From Antechinus flavipes (taxonomy: Eukaryota): a stretch of 64,000 nucleotides of DNA. The notes under the pieces are model-generated. The model saw only the letters and a list, made by a program, of their open reading frames with translations, was not told the origin of the DNA and searched no databases. Below, one piece after another: positions 12,880 through 26,091 of this stretch. The stretch's first letter is position 1. Each line of letters opens with the position of its first letter. The stretch is from positions 501,022,001-501,086,000 of the forward strand of contig NC_067399.1 of NCBI RefSeq assembly GCF_016432865.1, written 5' to 3'. A program made the position numbers and the translations under genes.

Positions 12880-13576
12880 TTAGCAAGACTAGTAATTGCC
12901 AATGAAAGAGATCCAAGTGATATAGACTTTGAGCTTACTCTCTTCCCTTGTCAGGAAGAAGCCCAACCAGCTATTATTAAGCATAACCAAGTCCCAGACT
13001 ATCATATTTGATTGTAAGACTTGGAGCTCTTTATCAGCCTTCATCATCTAATCCCTTATACCTCTGGGAATCTTTAAACAACCTTTGAGATATTGATGGG
13101 CATAGCCAGGTCTGGAACCTGGTCTGCCAGGTACATTTTATCAAGGTCCTCCTTGATCCCTCAAGCTACCAAATTCTTCCTTGGTACTTCCTCTCCTCCT
13201 CTGAGAAACCACCAAGGTTATATTTCCTCTATGAAAGATACACTCATAATAAAGATCTTTGCTAAATCCTTCTTCCCTTTAATGGTGTCATTGGCTGTAC
13301 TATAGCTAACTGCTAAACTCTTCTATGGATTTAACCTGCCAGTAAATAGCATATCCAGGCATAGTCCTTCAATGGATTCTTCCAAACTCCTTTCCTTGTA
13401 GTCCTATTACTGCCCCAAATCTATTTCATATTTATTGTGTCTGTTGCCTATTTTATCTCTTCATTTTATCTGTAATCTCTTCTCCTAAATAAATCTCCCT
13501 TTTGGCAAAGAGAATGGCTATTGAAAATTTGTCACATGTTTATTTTGAATTAGTAATTGTTACCCTAACTTCATCA
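12880..13576 (+). mobile_element. Solo ERV LTR (family A), start approximate
   Basis: Aligns in reverse with 17260-17915; AATAAA at about 13488; ends TCATCA. Confidence 0.7.
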
Positions 13577-14699
13577 TAAGGATCCTCAGTGGCCAAGGAT
13601 CCTGAACTGAATTTTAAAAGCATTTTTATAAATCATAAATGAGGAACATCAGAATGAGAAACAAAAACAAAAAATGAAGAACATTGATCCTAATTGAAGA
13701 ATGTGATAATCATTCTCAAAAGAGTTCACACTTTCTGACTGGTTGGGGTATTTGGGGATTTTCTATTGTCAATATAGAAAGCTGTCCTGTGTCAGGAACA
13801 GGAAACTTCCACAGCATTTGGGGCATGGAGATTTTCCAGCCCTACGTGATCTATAATTTCTATTACCTATAAGCTAAATTGCAATGGGAAACTTTGGTCT
13901 TTTTAAGCTAAGGTCTTTCCCAGATCTCAGTTTATCTGAGGCAATGCCCATTCAATGATTAAGGCTGGGTAGAAATGAGGCAGAGAATGGCTTTTTACCT
14001 AATCCAAAAAAAAAAAAAAAAAAATCAGTCTGGAAGGGGAAGACATTCAGGGTTTCTGGCCAAAACAGAAATAATTGCTCTGAGCCATCAGAACCCAAAC
14101 AGTGACCTTTGATCTGAGACCTATGTTGGCTAATCAGGGAGACTCATAATGATTGAGGCTTAAGACATGGTCCTTAAAAAAGAAATCTAAGCCATAAACC
14201 CCAAGATATCTTTTGAGTTTTCAGCAATCAAAATTTATATTCCTTTGGGTAGAACACCTGAAGGTAAAGATATGATTCCTATGTCTACAGAGGAAAAGGA
14301 GGTAAGGGAAGGAGAAGAAAGAAGAGAAAGGAAAAAAAGGAAGGAAGGAAGGAGCTTTGTTGCCCACCTGGAACTGGAAATCTTAAGAGTTTTACAGAAT
14401 AGCCTTTAATATTTAGATATGCAACTCCCACCTTGGTCTACCCCATAGAGAAGAAGATGAATGATGGGATATGGAGTTGCAGAAGTGCTGAACCCCAGAA
14501 TATATTGGAGTTTCAGGAATTTCAGACTCCCCATACAGTCCATTAAATATTTGGGAGTAGGAGTTTGGATCCCAAAAGTATATTGAGGTTTCAGATTTGT
14601 GGAATTAGACCTCCAAATCAAGAGGCAAAGCTTTTATTATTACACCATTGACTGTTGTGCTAAATTACAATGATGTGTTAGGTGTGGTTAGTAGAGGAA

Positions 14700-15368
14700 C
14701 TTATTTATCTCTGGGGTAATACGGTTGAAGGCTCTGATAGAGATCAGTTTAGCTCCTTGGTCCCTCCCTTTGGGGAGGTATAGAATCTGAAATCCAAATT
14801 ATGTCAAATACCCTTTGTAAAGTCTCACCTCATCATGTCCTGTCATCAATTCCAGTCATGTCCCTGCGACTATATTTTCTCTATAAAATCTAGTTATAGG
14901 CTATCCCATGGTTGCTGCTTTCTTTTGGGTCAGTTCACCAAAGCATTCTGCCTCATTGTGTCTTTTCTCTTCCCCTTTCCCCATGTCACATGGTATCACT
15001 CTTGACTCCCTATGCTTCCCAAGCCCACTTCTCCTCCTTAAAGCTGACTCTTTTAGGGTGCTATGTCCCTTCCAGGACTTAGCCTGCCAGCTAAGCACAG
15101 GCCCCAAACTCATGGGATGCTCCCTTTCTACTGGGTAATTGTGAGTTCCACTGAGGAGCTTGTCTTTCATATGCTCTCTCACTCTATTTCATATCCACCA
15201 TTCCCGGTGTCCATTGTATCCCTTCATTTTGTTTGTAACTTATTCCCCTAAATAAATCTACCTTCTGCCAAAGAGAATGGCCATTGTGAATTCTTCACAT
15301 GACCAAACTCCAACTTTTGGTGCCTGCCAACTTTTGGTGACAAACCCCACATCATAGGTCACATCACA
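14700..15368 (+). mobile_element. Solo ERV LTR (family B, shares R/U5 with family A), start approximate
   Basis: 5' part aligns with 25050-25990; 3' part (ctaaataaatct...caaagagaatgg..attgtgaattcttcacatgacc) aligns with 13480-13540 and 18930-19087; ends CACATCACA. Confidence 0.75.
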
Positions 15369-15890
15369 AAAGGTAGTTTTAGCCATTAACAAGGGGAAAA
15401 ACAGAAGCTAAATTCTCTAGCTAAACTCACAAAAGACACCATGGTGGGGGGTGGATAAGGGGGTTGGGGGGGTGGTTTGGAGGGGTTGGGAAGTGGAGAG
15501 AGTGCCATAAGACAGACAAAATTAATTTGCTGCTACAAGGTAGGCAATTCCTAATGGACCTGCAAAGAAGTGGGGAATTGGGCCATTGGCAGGTTAACCC
15601 TAAAAAGGATTTAGGGCCCTAATAGACATTAACAAGCAAGTGAAGTATAGGTAGGTTTTTTTTAAGAAGAGAAATATCTTGGGGGTTGACATTATAACTT
15701 GGTCTTCTGATTAGAAACAGTAACTATAGGGTTTGTCAGAGCAAGGAATTGAACAAGGAATTCAATCAGGGACTATAACACAAAAGGTCTAATCAAAATC
15801 AAAAGGTCCACTTAAAGAGATAATTTTATCAGTAATTTGGGTCCTAATGCCCCTTCTCAAGACCCACCCCACTACCAAAGACCTAGTCTT

Positions 15891-16335
15891 TGTTGAGGTT
15901 TTTTTCATCCTCATCAGAAGTACTTCTAGCCACTTTAACTGGACTTCAGGCTTGAATCAATCTCCAAGTCAAGGGCAAAGTTTATTATAATTGTAATGCT
16001 AATTGCAGGGGGCTAACTTCCAAAAGGATTTAGCAAAGAACCAAGAGCAAGAAGATACAGGTATAGGAAAAAGATAAAGAGATTGGGTGTTTCATGTCAC
16101 TGATATTCTAATTTTACAGGTTAAGGTAAAATTGAGGAGTGGTCTAGTATGTACCTCATTATTGAATTTTATGGTCCAGACTGGTATGCACCTCATTATT
16201 GTCTCAGAAACTTTGTTATTACTGACCAACAGACTGTTATCTGGCAGCCAGCATTGTTTGTGGAATGACAGTACTCCCTAGGTGAGGTGACCTTAGAATT
16301 ACTACCACATCTCCCCTGGAAGCTGTACCTCATCA
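15891..16335 (-). mobile_element. Solo ERV LTR (family C)
   Basis: TGTTGAGG...CCTCATCA termini; collinear with 22633-23101; AATAAA on minus. Confidence 0.75.
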
Positions 16336-16547
16336 AAAGCAATGAACAAATTTCAAATAGGATATAAGATGAGGTCTGACTACCATAAGAAATGGAAGAA
16401 TGACAAGTTGGTTAAATATTTGTCCTGGAATCAATTTATTCTTTCCGTTTTTCAGGAAATGCTTAAACACTCACCCTGGGAGCTTAAGTTACCATAGTAA
16501 GGCAAATGTGATGTTCCTAGATGGTCTTGATTAGCATCTTTAAGGTA

Positions 16548-17226
16548 CCTAATGAAGAGGGGACCCCGAAACTCTAAAAATCCTTAAAGGAGAAAATCTC
16601 CTTCAACTTTGCCTCAGTGAGGGACCCTGCCCCGAGGAATAGTTTCATCCTTGTTAAATGGGTGGTGTCAACTCAGTCCTGAAACTCATTGAATTCAATT
16701 CAAATTCCAGCTCAAGCTGAAACCCAATGATGAGCCAACTTGGGACTCCACCCATGAGTTCCTTTCAGCTAAAGCTCCCATTACAAAAGAGCCAAACTAA
16801 AACTCTCTCTTTGCAGAGGTTCCAAACATGCCAGCCCTATGCTTGGCACCCCAAGCAGCTTCTGCCCACTGGAATACTCTTTCCAGTGCCGTCCTCTCTT
16901 TACCCTCACCTATTTCCCTAACCAGACACCTATTTCCCTAACCAGACTTTATGCCTCTGTCAGGATTTCTAACCTTACTTCCAATCCCTATAATAAACCT
17001 CTTTTATCAATCTAGGTTTTCAAGTCTGTAAATTCTTTTACAGAGAACCTCTGTGCCACCAAAAGGGAATCCCCAAAACTAGCGCGGAATCCCAAGGGGT
17101 TGCAGGGGAGCCAAACCTCTCCATTTGGTTCCCTGAACTCGAACCTGCCAGTAGATCTTATCACTTAACTCCCTGACCACCAGAAAACCTAATTTCATTT
17201 TGGTTCCCTAAATCTAAACCTCATCA
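16548..17226 (+). mobile_element. Solo ERV LTR (family C-related)
   Basis: AATAAA 16992-16997, ends CCTCATCA, aligns with 19180-19805; contains a perfect 20-bp tandem duplication 16907-16946. Confidence 0.75.
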
Positions 17227-17259
17227 CTATGATGAGAAACCAGGCTTTCCCAGACTGCC

Positions 17260-17915
17260 TTTGTTAACATCGTTCATAAAAATAAGAGGTGAAATAGGCA
17301 CAAGGATCGGCAAATATGAAATAAAGTTGAGAGAACACATAGTTAACAAGGAAAAGACAAATTCCCAAAGGAATTCACAATTAACCAGGAGAAAGGAAAT
17401 ACTCCATGAGGTGGAAGTAAGCCATTGACTTAGCAGGTTAGATCCATAAAGGAGTTTAACAAATTAACCAAAATTAGCTAAAGAGAAAGGTGCCATTAAA
17501 AGGAAGGTACTATGAGGGAGATAAAGAGAGTGCCTGATAATAGTCTTAGCAAAGATCTTCATCATAAGCAGATCCTATATAGAAGAAATACAGCCTTGGG
17601 ATTTCCCAGGCAGGAACTCAGAGAAAGGATCAAAGATCAAAGGAAGTACCAGGGAGCTCAAAGGTAGGGGGATAAAGGAGCTAGATGGAATACTTCTGAC
17701 AGACCAAGTCCCAGACCTATCTAAAGATATGCTAGTCAGTATCTCAAAAGTTGTTTAAAGATGCAGAAGTTGGGGGACAGACTAAAGAGTTCCTTGCTCA
17801 CAATCACTCTATTCAGACAGAATAGCCGGGGAATTGGTTATATCTGATAATAACCTGTTAGGCTTCTTCCTGACAAGGGAAAAGAGTAAGTCACATCAAA
17901 AGTAACCTTTCATTG
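17260..17915 (-). mobile_element. Solo ERV LTR (family A), inverted relative to 12880-13576
   Basis: Reverse complement tgtcaggaagaagcctaacagg...atctttaaacaacttttgagatac matches 12949 onward. Confidence 0.72.
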
Positions 17916-18859
17916 TTTTAGATTTTCACATGGTTCACAAGATACTATGATTTTACCAAGCATGATGGATCACAGCTCATGGAGGGAGGGGAAGGAAGTT
18001 TCCCTTTTATTAATCTTCAATTTTTTTTATTAATCTTTTATTAAATCATAATAATTCTATATTTTAAGAAAAAATGTACTTCATTATAATTTTTCAAAGA
18101 CTATTATCACATTCATTTTAATTACTCATTAGGAAGGAGGATTAAGAGTATTTCACAATAATTTAGAAAAAATTCAGAGCTTATAATTAAAAGCATGTTC
18201 TCTTAATCATAACAGAATTCACATTTCTAATCACCTCTGATATTCTCCCAACTTCCACAATACAAGAAAAATTATAAGCTGAAAGAATAATATGCTTGTT
18301 TTGTTTTTCGATTTTTTCCAATTTTTAAAATTTTATTTATTTATGTAAAACAACTACAAAATAGGAAAAAAAGACATTGCCATGTAAACATTAAAACATA
18401 ATAGAGCATTCAAAATATGAAACAATAAATTTCCATTTCAAGAAAGCCTATATAATTAATACTACTCATTGTGTTTAGAGCTGTTCATCTTTTCTTTGCT
18501 TCCTTGTACATTTTCTCTTGTTTTCTGCTCTGCTTTTTATTTTGTTCTTTTTTCCATTTTCTTTTCCCTTCCCTATCTCCCCAAAAAAGATTGCAATTAA
18601 ATATGTACATATTTAGTTGTCTATACATACATATATATATACATAAGATATCTATAATCACATACATATATATTTATATATGTATATGAAAGATCATACT
18701 ATACTTGTCTGTCTTCTGTTTTTCTGAAGGTGGATAACACCATCCTTCATAAATCCAAGTTTTTCCATATTTTCCATCATTTCCTATACCTTAGCAACAT
18801 TCCGATCTTATTCCACTAGGAAATTTTCCCTTTTCATCATTAATTATTTAAAACCCCTT

Positions 18860-19805
18860 TCTGTGCTCTTCCAACTCTATTTCATAGTTATCATTCCAGT
18901 GTCTATTGTATCCCTTCATTTTGTCTGTAACTTCTTCCCTAAATAAATCTACTTTTTGTCAAAGATAATGGCAATTGTGAATTCTTCACATGACCGAATC
19001 CCAACTTTTGGTGCCTGCCATCATATGGTTTTTACATTACCCATGTTGGTCCTCAAACACATCATTTGGTGTCAAATCACACATCACAAATCATCTCATT
19101 AAGTACAGGTCTTTTTGCAATAAAATTCTGAAATTCCGATATTTCATTGAATTCCTAACTGTATTGAGTTGGAAATTAGCTCAGAGACACTCATTCAATT
19201 CCAAGATTTTCTATTCTGATTCCAGATCAAACTGCTCCCAGCCCCAACCAAGAGCTGTCCCCAGCTTCTAGCTAAGGTTTCAATTATAAAAAGAGGCAAC
19301 TTGGGCCTCATTCCTTGCAGAGGACTAACATGCCATACCAAGGAACCTCTCTCTCTGCTTGGCATAAGCTGCAACCCTCTGCCCACTGAAATGATATTCT
19401 CCTTCAGCGTTACTCTCTCTTTATCTTTATCTTTCTGTTTCCCTAACAGGACTATGCCCTCTTTCCCTCCTTGCTGGGATTTCTCTGCTAGAGGATTTCT
19501 CTGTTAGAAACTTTCCCTCTGCCAGGACTCCTCCACTAAAACCTGTATATCCCTCTGTGGGGACCTTGCCACAAAGGAATTCAGTTTTTCTATTCATGCA
19601 TAGCAAAGGCTGACTTCCCAATGCTTCTTTTTGCCAGCCTAGCTTTTCAAGTTTGTAAATTCCTTTACAAAGGACCTCTGCGCTGACCCAAGGGATTCCC
19701 ACAACTCCCAACCCTGCACCAAACCTCATTATTTGGAGACACAACCCCAAACCTCTTCATTTGGCTCCCTGACCACTGGAATTGAGAGGAGCCAAACCTC
19801 TTCAG
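18860..19805 (+). mobile_element. Two adjacent LTR pieces (family B R/U5 18860-19087; family C-related 19180-19805)
   Basis: Internal alignments to 15170-15368 and 16700-17226; repeated ccaaacctc units in U5. Confidence 0.7.
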
Positions 19806-19899
19806 TGATCAGTGGATTTTTTCTATTTTTACTTTCCCCTTTTGTTCTAACACTTCAAGACAAATTTAATTATTTCTTATATTATTGTATAAGATTCTT

Positions 19900-20940
19900 T
19901 ATTTTATCATAGTTTTCAGGTAGAACAATTATTCTTATTTTCTCTTCTTAATTCTACAGATCTGTAGTTTTTCTTATGAGATGTCTCACATTTTTTCTAT
20001 CTCTTTATTTTTTATATTTTGTTTTATTATTTCTTGGTCTCATAATTTTGTGGCTTCATCATGTCCAATTCTAGTTTTCAAGGAATCATTTTTTCCCCTT
20101 AAGATTCTGGATCTCCTCTTCTAATTGGTTGACTTTCTTTTCATAATCCTAGGGTAGGGATTTCAACAATCTTTCATTTGATTTTTAAAGTTTCTTTGAG
20201 TTCTATGAATTCTTTTTGGGCAGGTTACCATTTGACACATCTTTGGGGTAGGAGACACTTGTTTTTGCTTCAATATCCTCTTTTGATGGCATACTTCATT
20301 CCCATAGTAACTTTCTATGGTAAAGTTCTTTTGTCTTTGCCTGTTTTTGTTTTTTAATTTAAGCAGATTGTTAGTGTAACCACCTTTAGTCCTGGGATAT
20401 AGAGGATGGTACCTTCTTGAATTCTCCCCTTTAACCTGGAACCCACAATCAAGAACTCAATTCTCCTGTAAATGATCATAGCCAGCCCTTTGCCTCACTG
20501 ATTCTATACTCATCAGGATTGTGTCAGTTCCTTCTTATAGAGTCACTTCTGGGCAACAGAGCTGGGTCTGTTGTCTCTTATCAGAAGAGGTTCCCAAAAT
20601 CTTCCCTGACACAATTCCCTGACTCTCCATACTATCTGGAGATGAAAATTCCTGTGGCTGGGGCCAAAGCTACCTCCCAACCCAGCTAGCCCCAGGGTTC
20701 CCCTTTACCATTTCAGTATAACTATCTTGGAGATGTTTACATTACATTCAAGAGCCAAACCTCAGTTCTGGTATATTTCTTAGGTCTTCCCAGATTGTCC
20801 CAGGAGAATCACTGTTTTGCCCCAACTCTTATTTGTTTATACTTCTCTGCGTTTGACTTGAGGCACTATTTTATCTTGTTTGTGGGGAAAATCTGGAGAG
20901 CTTGGAAATTTCTGATCTATTCTGCCATCTTCTCAGAATT
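19900..20940 (-). mobile_element. Degenerate L1 5' UTR/ORF1 region
   Basis: T-rich decayed ORF1-like sequence ending in an L1 5'-end-like ctgccatctt motif; boundaries approximate. Confidence 0.5.
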
Positions 20941-22632
20941 TTCTCTGTTGAATTTTTAAACATAAAACTTCTCAAATTTCACCTATGTACAAAATCTTAA
21001 ATTATCCTTCTTAGAAAATCATTCATGTGGAGTGCCACCCCAACATTGAAACTTACCCTTGCCTAAACTTAAAAGCTTAGATAATTGAAAGTACAGCAGA
21101 ATCCTTGGGGCCCACAAGGAAAACTGCTATTTCACTGTAGTCCACATGACTTAACCCACCTGTCCTCAAGGACAACACGAGACATCCTCTTGGCTACATG
21201 CAAAACCCCCATAGTTCTCTACTCCCTCATGTACCCTTCATGCACAAAGGATAAGCACAAACTCAACATCCCATGCTCAATTCCTTTGCAGGCACCTGTT
21301 GCTCCTTGACAGGGAAATTACAGTAAACTCTCCTTTTTCTTAGGCCCATCAGGGTTGCTTTTCAATCAGGGGCTCCTTTGTTAATTTTGGAACATCTTGG
21401 GCAGCATAAGGCCTAAGGACATCCCTAGATAAGAACAAATGGCTGGCTTTTTGTTTCTGTACAACTTCTAAAATGGCAATAAGGACCCTCTCCCTCATGG
21501 TTCTTGCTCCTTATAAGCTCAACTCTCCTTCCATTAAAATCTGCTCAGATTTGGAACCCTTTTTCCCCCTTGTAGCCATACCCGCAAATCAATAAATCTC
21601 ATCAAATTCTGTCTTATCTCACATCCCTTCCCGCACAACATATTACCTTCAATGTGTTACTTAATCTAAAACCCTACAATACTTAACATTTATACAGTAC
21701 CCAGTAAGCAAATCACTTTAGAATAATTTTATTGCTCCAACAAACTTTGGGAGGTGGATGCTAAAAGAAAATTGATTAAATTATCTAATATGCCATAATT
21801 ATAATGTAATTTCAGAACAAAATTTTTGACAAGCTCAAATTCATATTTATAACCCCCAATAAAAATATTTAAAACCTAATTTTTCTAAGAGCCCACTGTT
21901 TTCAGCTAACATGCTTTAATTTGTTCAAAATTCAATGTTTTAAATATAAAAACACAAACTTTCTTAACTCCATAAATTAAAAAATGATGCTGAGCCTATA
22001 ATTGCTAATATTCAATGAACAGTAAATATCACTTTTGTTCTAATTATGAGGAATTAACTGAATGAAGATATTCTCATGGGAATATAGCCTTAAACTATAT
22101 CTTAATTGTGATTTTAGACTTTATAATAACAAATAGAGCCATAGCTAAAAGTTGCAAGTGTTTGTCCTCTCTTATTTTTCTATCACCTCTTAACAGTTAA
22201 GTAACTCTTGTAAAAGTGATGATGGCTTTGAATTCTCTTATCTGGCTTGTATTGCAGTTCTTTAGGAAATTTAAATTAAGAGTTTATTATTGTTGATTTG
22301 TATTCTTTTGTTTCTGAGTTAGAGTTCCATGATTAGAATGTAAGCTTAAACTCCCCCTAACAATGGGAGAGAATGCAAGCAAGAGTAGGGATTTCTGCCT
22401 TCAGGGACCTATTCAATCTTGTGTTTTGCAGTTTATGCTTTGTAATTCCTTGTTGACAAACACCTTGTCAGAAGGGAGATGTACTTTCTTGTGAGGTTGT
22501 AATAAATCACTTTTTTTGCTTTTTCTTACTCTGAGAGTTTCTGATTGTTTTTGTGGATGATGCTGTCCCATACATAATTTTAAAAATCAATGAAAGTTAA
22601 ACAAATTTAAGTAAACAACTGACACATATCAG

Positions 22633-23101
22633 TGTTGAGGTTCAAAAAAGAGATCCAAAAGGTTGAGGTATCAGACCCATGTTGCAAAGTATCTCAAAAG
22701 AATTTGCAGGCTTGAATCCATCTCCAAATCAAGGAATGAAGTTTATTGTAATTGTAATGCTAATTGAAATGGGTTAAGTTCCAAAACATTTAGCAAAGAA
22801 CCATGGGCAAGAAGACAAATTTATCTAGTTCTTCTTGTCACTGATATGCTAATTTTATGGTCCAGAAGAACTGAGGAGTGGTCTATTTACTATTGTCCCA
22901 GGAATTTGTTTATCATTGTCCAGCAGATTATCTGACAGTCAGCAATATTTGTAGGACTGTCCTGAGGCAGAAGACTTTAGAATCATTGACATCTTGATTC
23001 CCTGGGGCGGGTCTCTCAGGAGAGAGCTTCTCTGAAGGGGTTTCCCAAGTTTTCCCCCCAAAGTCTAAGAGAGAAAGTGAGTTTTGGGGCTCCCCTCATC
23101 A
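22633..23101 (-). mobile_element. Solo ERV LTR (family C)
   Basis: TGTTGAGG...CCTCATCA; collinear with 15891-16335. Confidence 0.75.
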
Positions 23102-24329
23102 CTACAACTTATAATATACTCTTTTTAATTTCATCTTTTGTGATTTGAGCCTTTTCCACATAAGGTGAGCAACATTTAATGAATTGTTTAGGTAAATTAC
23201 ACATTCAAGGGAGAAGCACTTAGCAAAATCTTCCTTAGCTCTCATTAAAAATATAGAAGCCAACTCCCAAATAGTAGTGTAAGTCATTAACATTTCACCT
23301 TTCTAGATTTTTTGGTAATTACTGCAAAAAAGTAAAAATCTTTAGAGTTCTTTTTTTTTTTCTTCAGGAGTCCTCTAGGTTTCCCCAAACTAGGTAAATG
23401 AAAAGGGGGGGTGGGGGGGAGGAGAGGAAGACTTCCCAGTCAAAATAAGACAAAGAGAAAATATTCTATGTCTCTCTAATGAAAACAGATAAAGGGAGAA
23501 AAAAATTTTCTTTGTCAATATAGTACAAAGGGAGATTCCCTAGGGATTACCTGGGTTCAGGGTGTAGAATTAATCTAGGTTCTGAATTTACATTCAACAG
23601 GCATAGTCTTAAAGAGGGTAGGTACAAATTTACTATTGTTCAGAATCTTGATTCAAACAAGATTTAAGAGGAAACTCACAGCATGAAAATAATGTGCAAT
23701 TAACAAACATGGTAATCAGCAAGACAATATAAGAAACAGACAGCATACAATATACATCATCATCACTATGAGGAAGCACCAACATCTGAATTCCTTTAGC
23801 TGGGAGAATCCGGGTCTCAGCTATTCAAAGTCTCCAGTGGGAGACTATTAAGCAAGTGGCACCAAACTTCCTGAGTTTCATTGATCTTCCATACTTTCCT
23901 GTCTGATAAGACACTTAACATACTTAACATACTCAATAACTCAGTAGAGTTTTACTGGACTTGGCTTTTGAAACTACATCACCTTTTAAATATAACACAT
24001 TAATCAAGGAATTAAACTGAAGTTGAAGGTAAATGTGGAGGAAAACAAAGTGCTTTTTGAGTTGTAATAGAGAAAAGAAGTAGAACTAGTAAACAGAGTG
24101 AACAGTGATAATATATGATAAATAGAACCATTCAACTCATTTTCTCAGACTAATAGAATGATTTATGGTTCAGAAAATCAAACAAAATATCTAATATGGA
24201 GTTGAAACCTAGGAGATGAGCTCTTAGCTTTTCTTGATAAGTTATGAAAAACTATACCCCAAAGCATAACAAAAATTGGAAGATGTGATTGCAGATCCAT
24301 TGTGCATATTTTTGAAAGATTACATAGAA

Positions 24330-24860
24330 TGAAAGAGGTGTTGCAAGTACAAACAATGCAAATAGCCTAATTTTTTAAAAATGGAAAAGAGTAAACAAAC
24401 AAAAAAAACCCAGTAGCCTAATGCTTCTTATTTCAAGTTCTGGCAAAAATCTAAAACGCATTATTAAAGAAATGGTTAGTAAATGCCTAGAAAAAGGAAG
24501 AATTGGTCAAAAAAACACCCTGCATGGTTTTATCAACAGGTTACATCAGGCTATCTTCATTTATTTTTTTTAACAAGATTATTAAAAGATCAGATTGGAG
24601 AAAATGCTAGGAAGAGTTTAGGAAGATTTCTACAAATTCTATTATACTGTTCTTATGGACCAGATGGAAGTGGGAAGCCAAAGGATAGTATAGATAGGTG
24701 GGTATAGAACTAAATGGCTTGATAAAAAATATGATCAATTATGGCTCAATTTAACTTATATAAAATTTTTAAATGAAATGTCCTTAACTTGGTTTTTCAA
24801 AAAGTTTGTCATTTAGATCATATAATAAAATCTGAAGATGACTCAGAGCTGGGATAGATA
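24330..24860 (+). repeat. CR1/L3 reverse-transcriptase remnant
   Basis: Decayed IFKNGK...S-I-SSGKNLKRIIKEMV pattern typical of CR1 ORF2. Confidence 0.55.
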
Positions 24861-25049
24861 AAAACAAACATTATCCATAGAATTTTTCTTACGTAAAAAG
24901 GGGAATTGGTGCCTCATGAGACAGTTTTCATTACTATTGAAGACTTTTTTAAAAATGGGAAAATAAACCAACTAACCTAAGTGACTAGTAGTGATGAGGT
25001 CCTTAAAGATGTTTTGGACAGAGAAAAACTAAAGAACTGATCCCTGAGG

Positions 25050-25990
25050 CAAGCAGAGGGAAGGCACTGATAAAGATCAGTTTAGCTCCATGGTCCCACT
25101 GTAATGCCAGAGAAACTGAGGCAGGATAGAGACTAGAAAGTTTTTAATATTTTGAGAGAAAGAGATTGTGCTGGGGATATATTGCCCCCAGCATTGATGT
25201 CTCAAAGCATCCAGCAGCGAATGTGTGTTTCCCATGACATATATATGGCTCTAAGCTCGGAAGGACAATTCAGGGAAATTGAGGCAGTACAATTAGGGAA
25301 ACTGAAGCAGGACAATTAGAGGAGACTTGCACAACACCACCTTCAGAGGAGGTCTCTGGAATCCAAGTTATGTCAAATCCCTGAGACCCATTCTCTGTAG
25401 AGGTCTCAAACAGTCTTACCTTGGCCATGTCCTGTCAGGAATTCCAATCATAGCTAATTCAGTTTCAATTGATCAAGGATGGACAGAAGTAGCTACACCC
25501 AAAGAAAGAACACTGGGAAATGAATATAAACTGCTTGCATTTTTGTTTTTCTTCCCAGGTTATTTATACCTTCTGAATCCAATTCCCCCTATGCAACAAG
25601 AAAACTGTTCAGTTCTGCATATATATATTGTATCTAGGATATACTGTAACCTATTCAACATGTAAAGGCCTGCTTGCCATCTGGGGGAGGGGGTAGAGGG
25701 AAGGAGGGGAAAAATCGGAACAGAAGTGAGTGCAAGGGATAATGCTGTAAAAAATTACCCTGGCATGGGTTCTGTCAATAAAAAGTTATTTAAAAAAAAA
25801 AAAAGAATTCCAATCATGTCCCTGAGGTTAAATTTTCCCTATATAATTTACTTATGGGCTATCCTATGGCTGCTACCTTCCTTTAGGTAAGCCAGCCATA
25901 GCACTCTGTCTAATAGCATCTTTCCCTTTCCCTTTCCCCCATGCTACACTCCACTATGCTTCTGAAACCCATTTCTCCTCCTTACAGCTA
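25050..25990 (+). mobile_element. Family B LTR interrupted by a mini-LTR (25100-25336) and an L1 3' end (25452-25804)
   Basis: Removing both insertions restores collinearity with 14730-15050; TSDs ccac and gaattccaatcat. Confidence 0.85.
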
Positions 25991-26091
25991 ACTCCTTATA
26001 GCATAATACTTTAATGATTATCTAATTCAGTCTTCTCATTTTACAGAGGAGGAAACAACTAGCAAGGAAAGTAAGTAGTCAGTGTCAAGTT

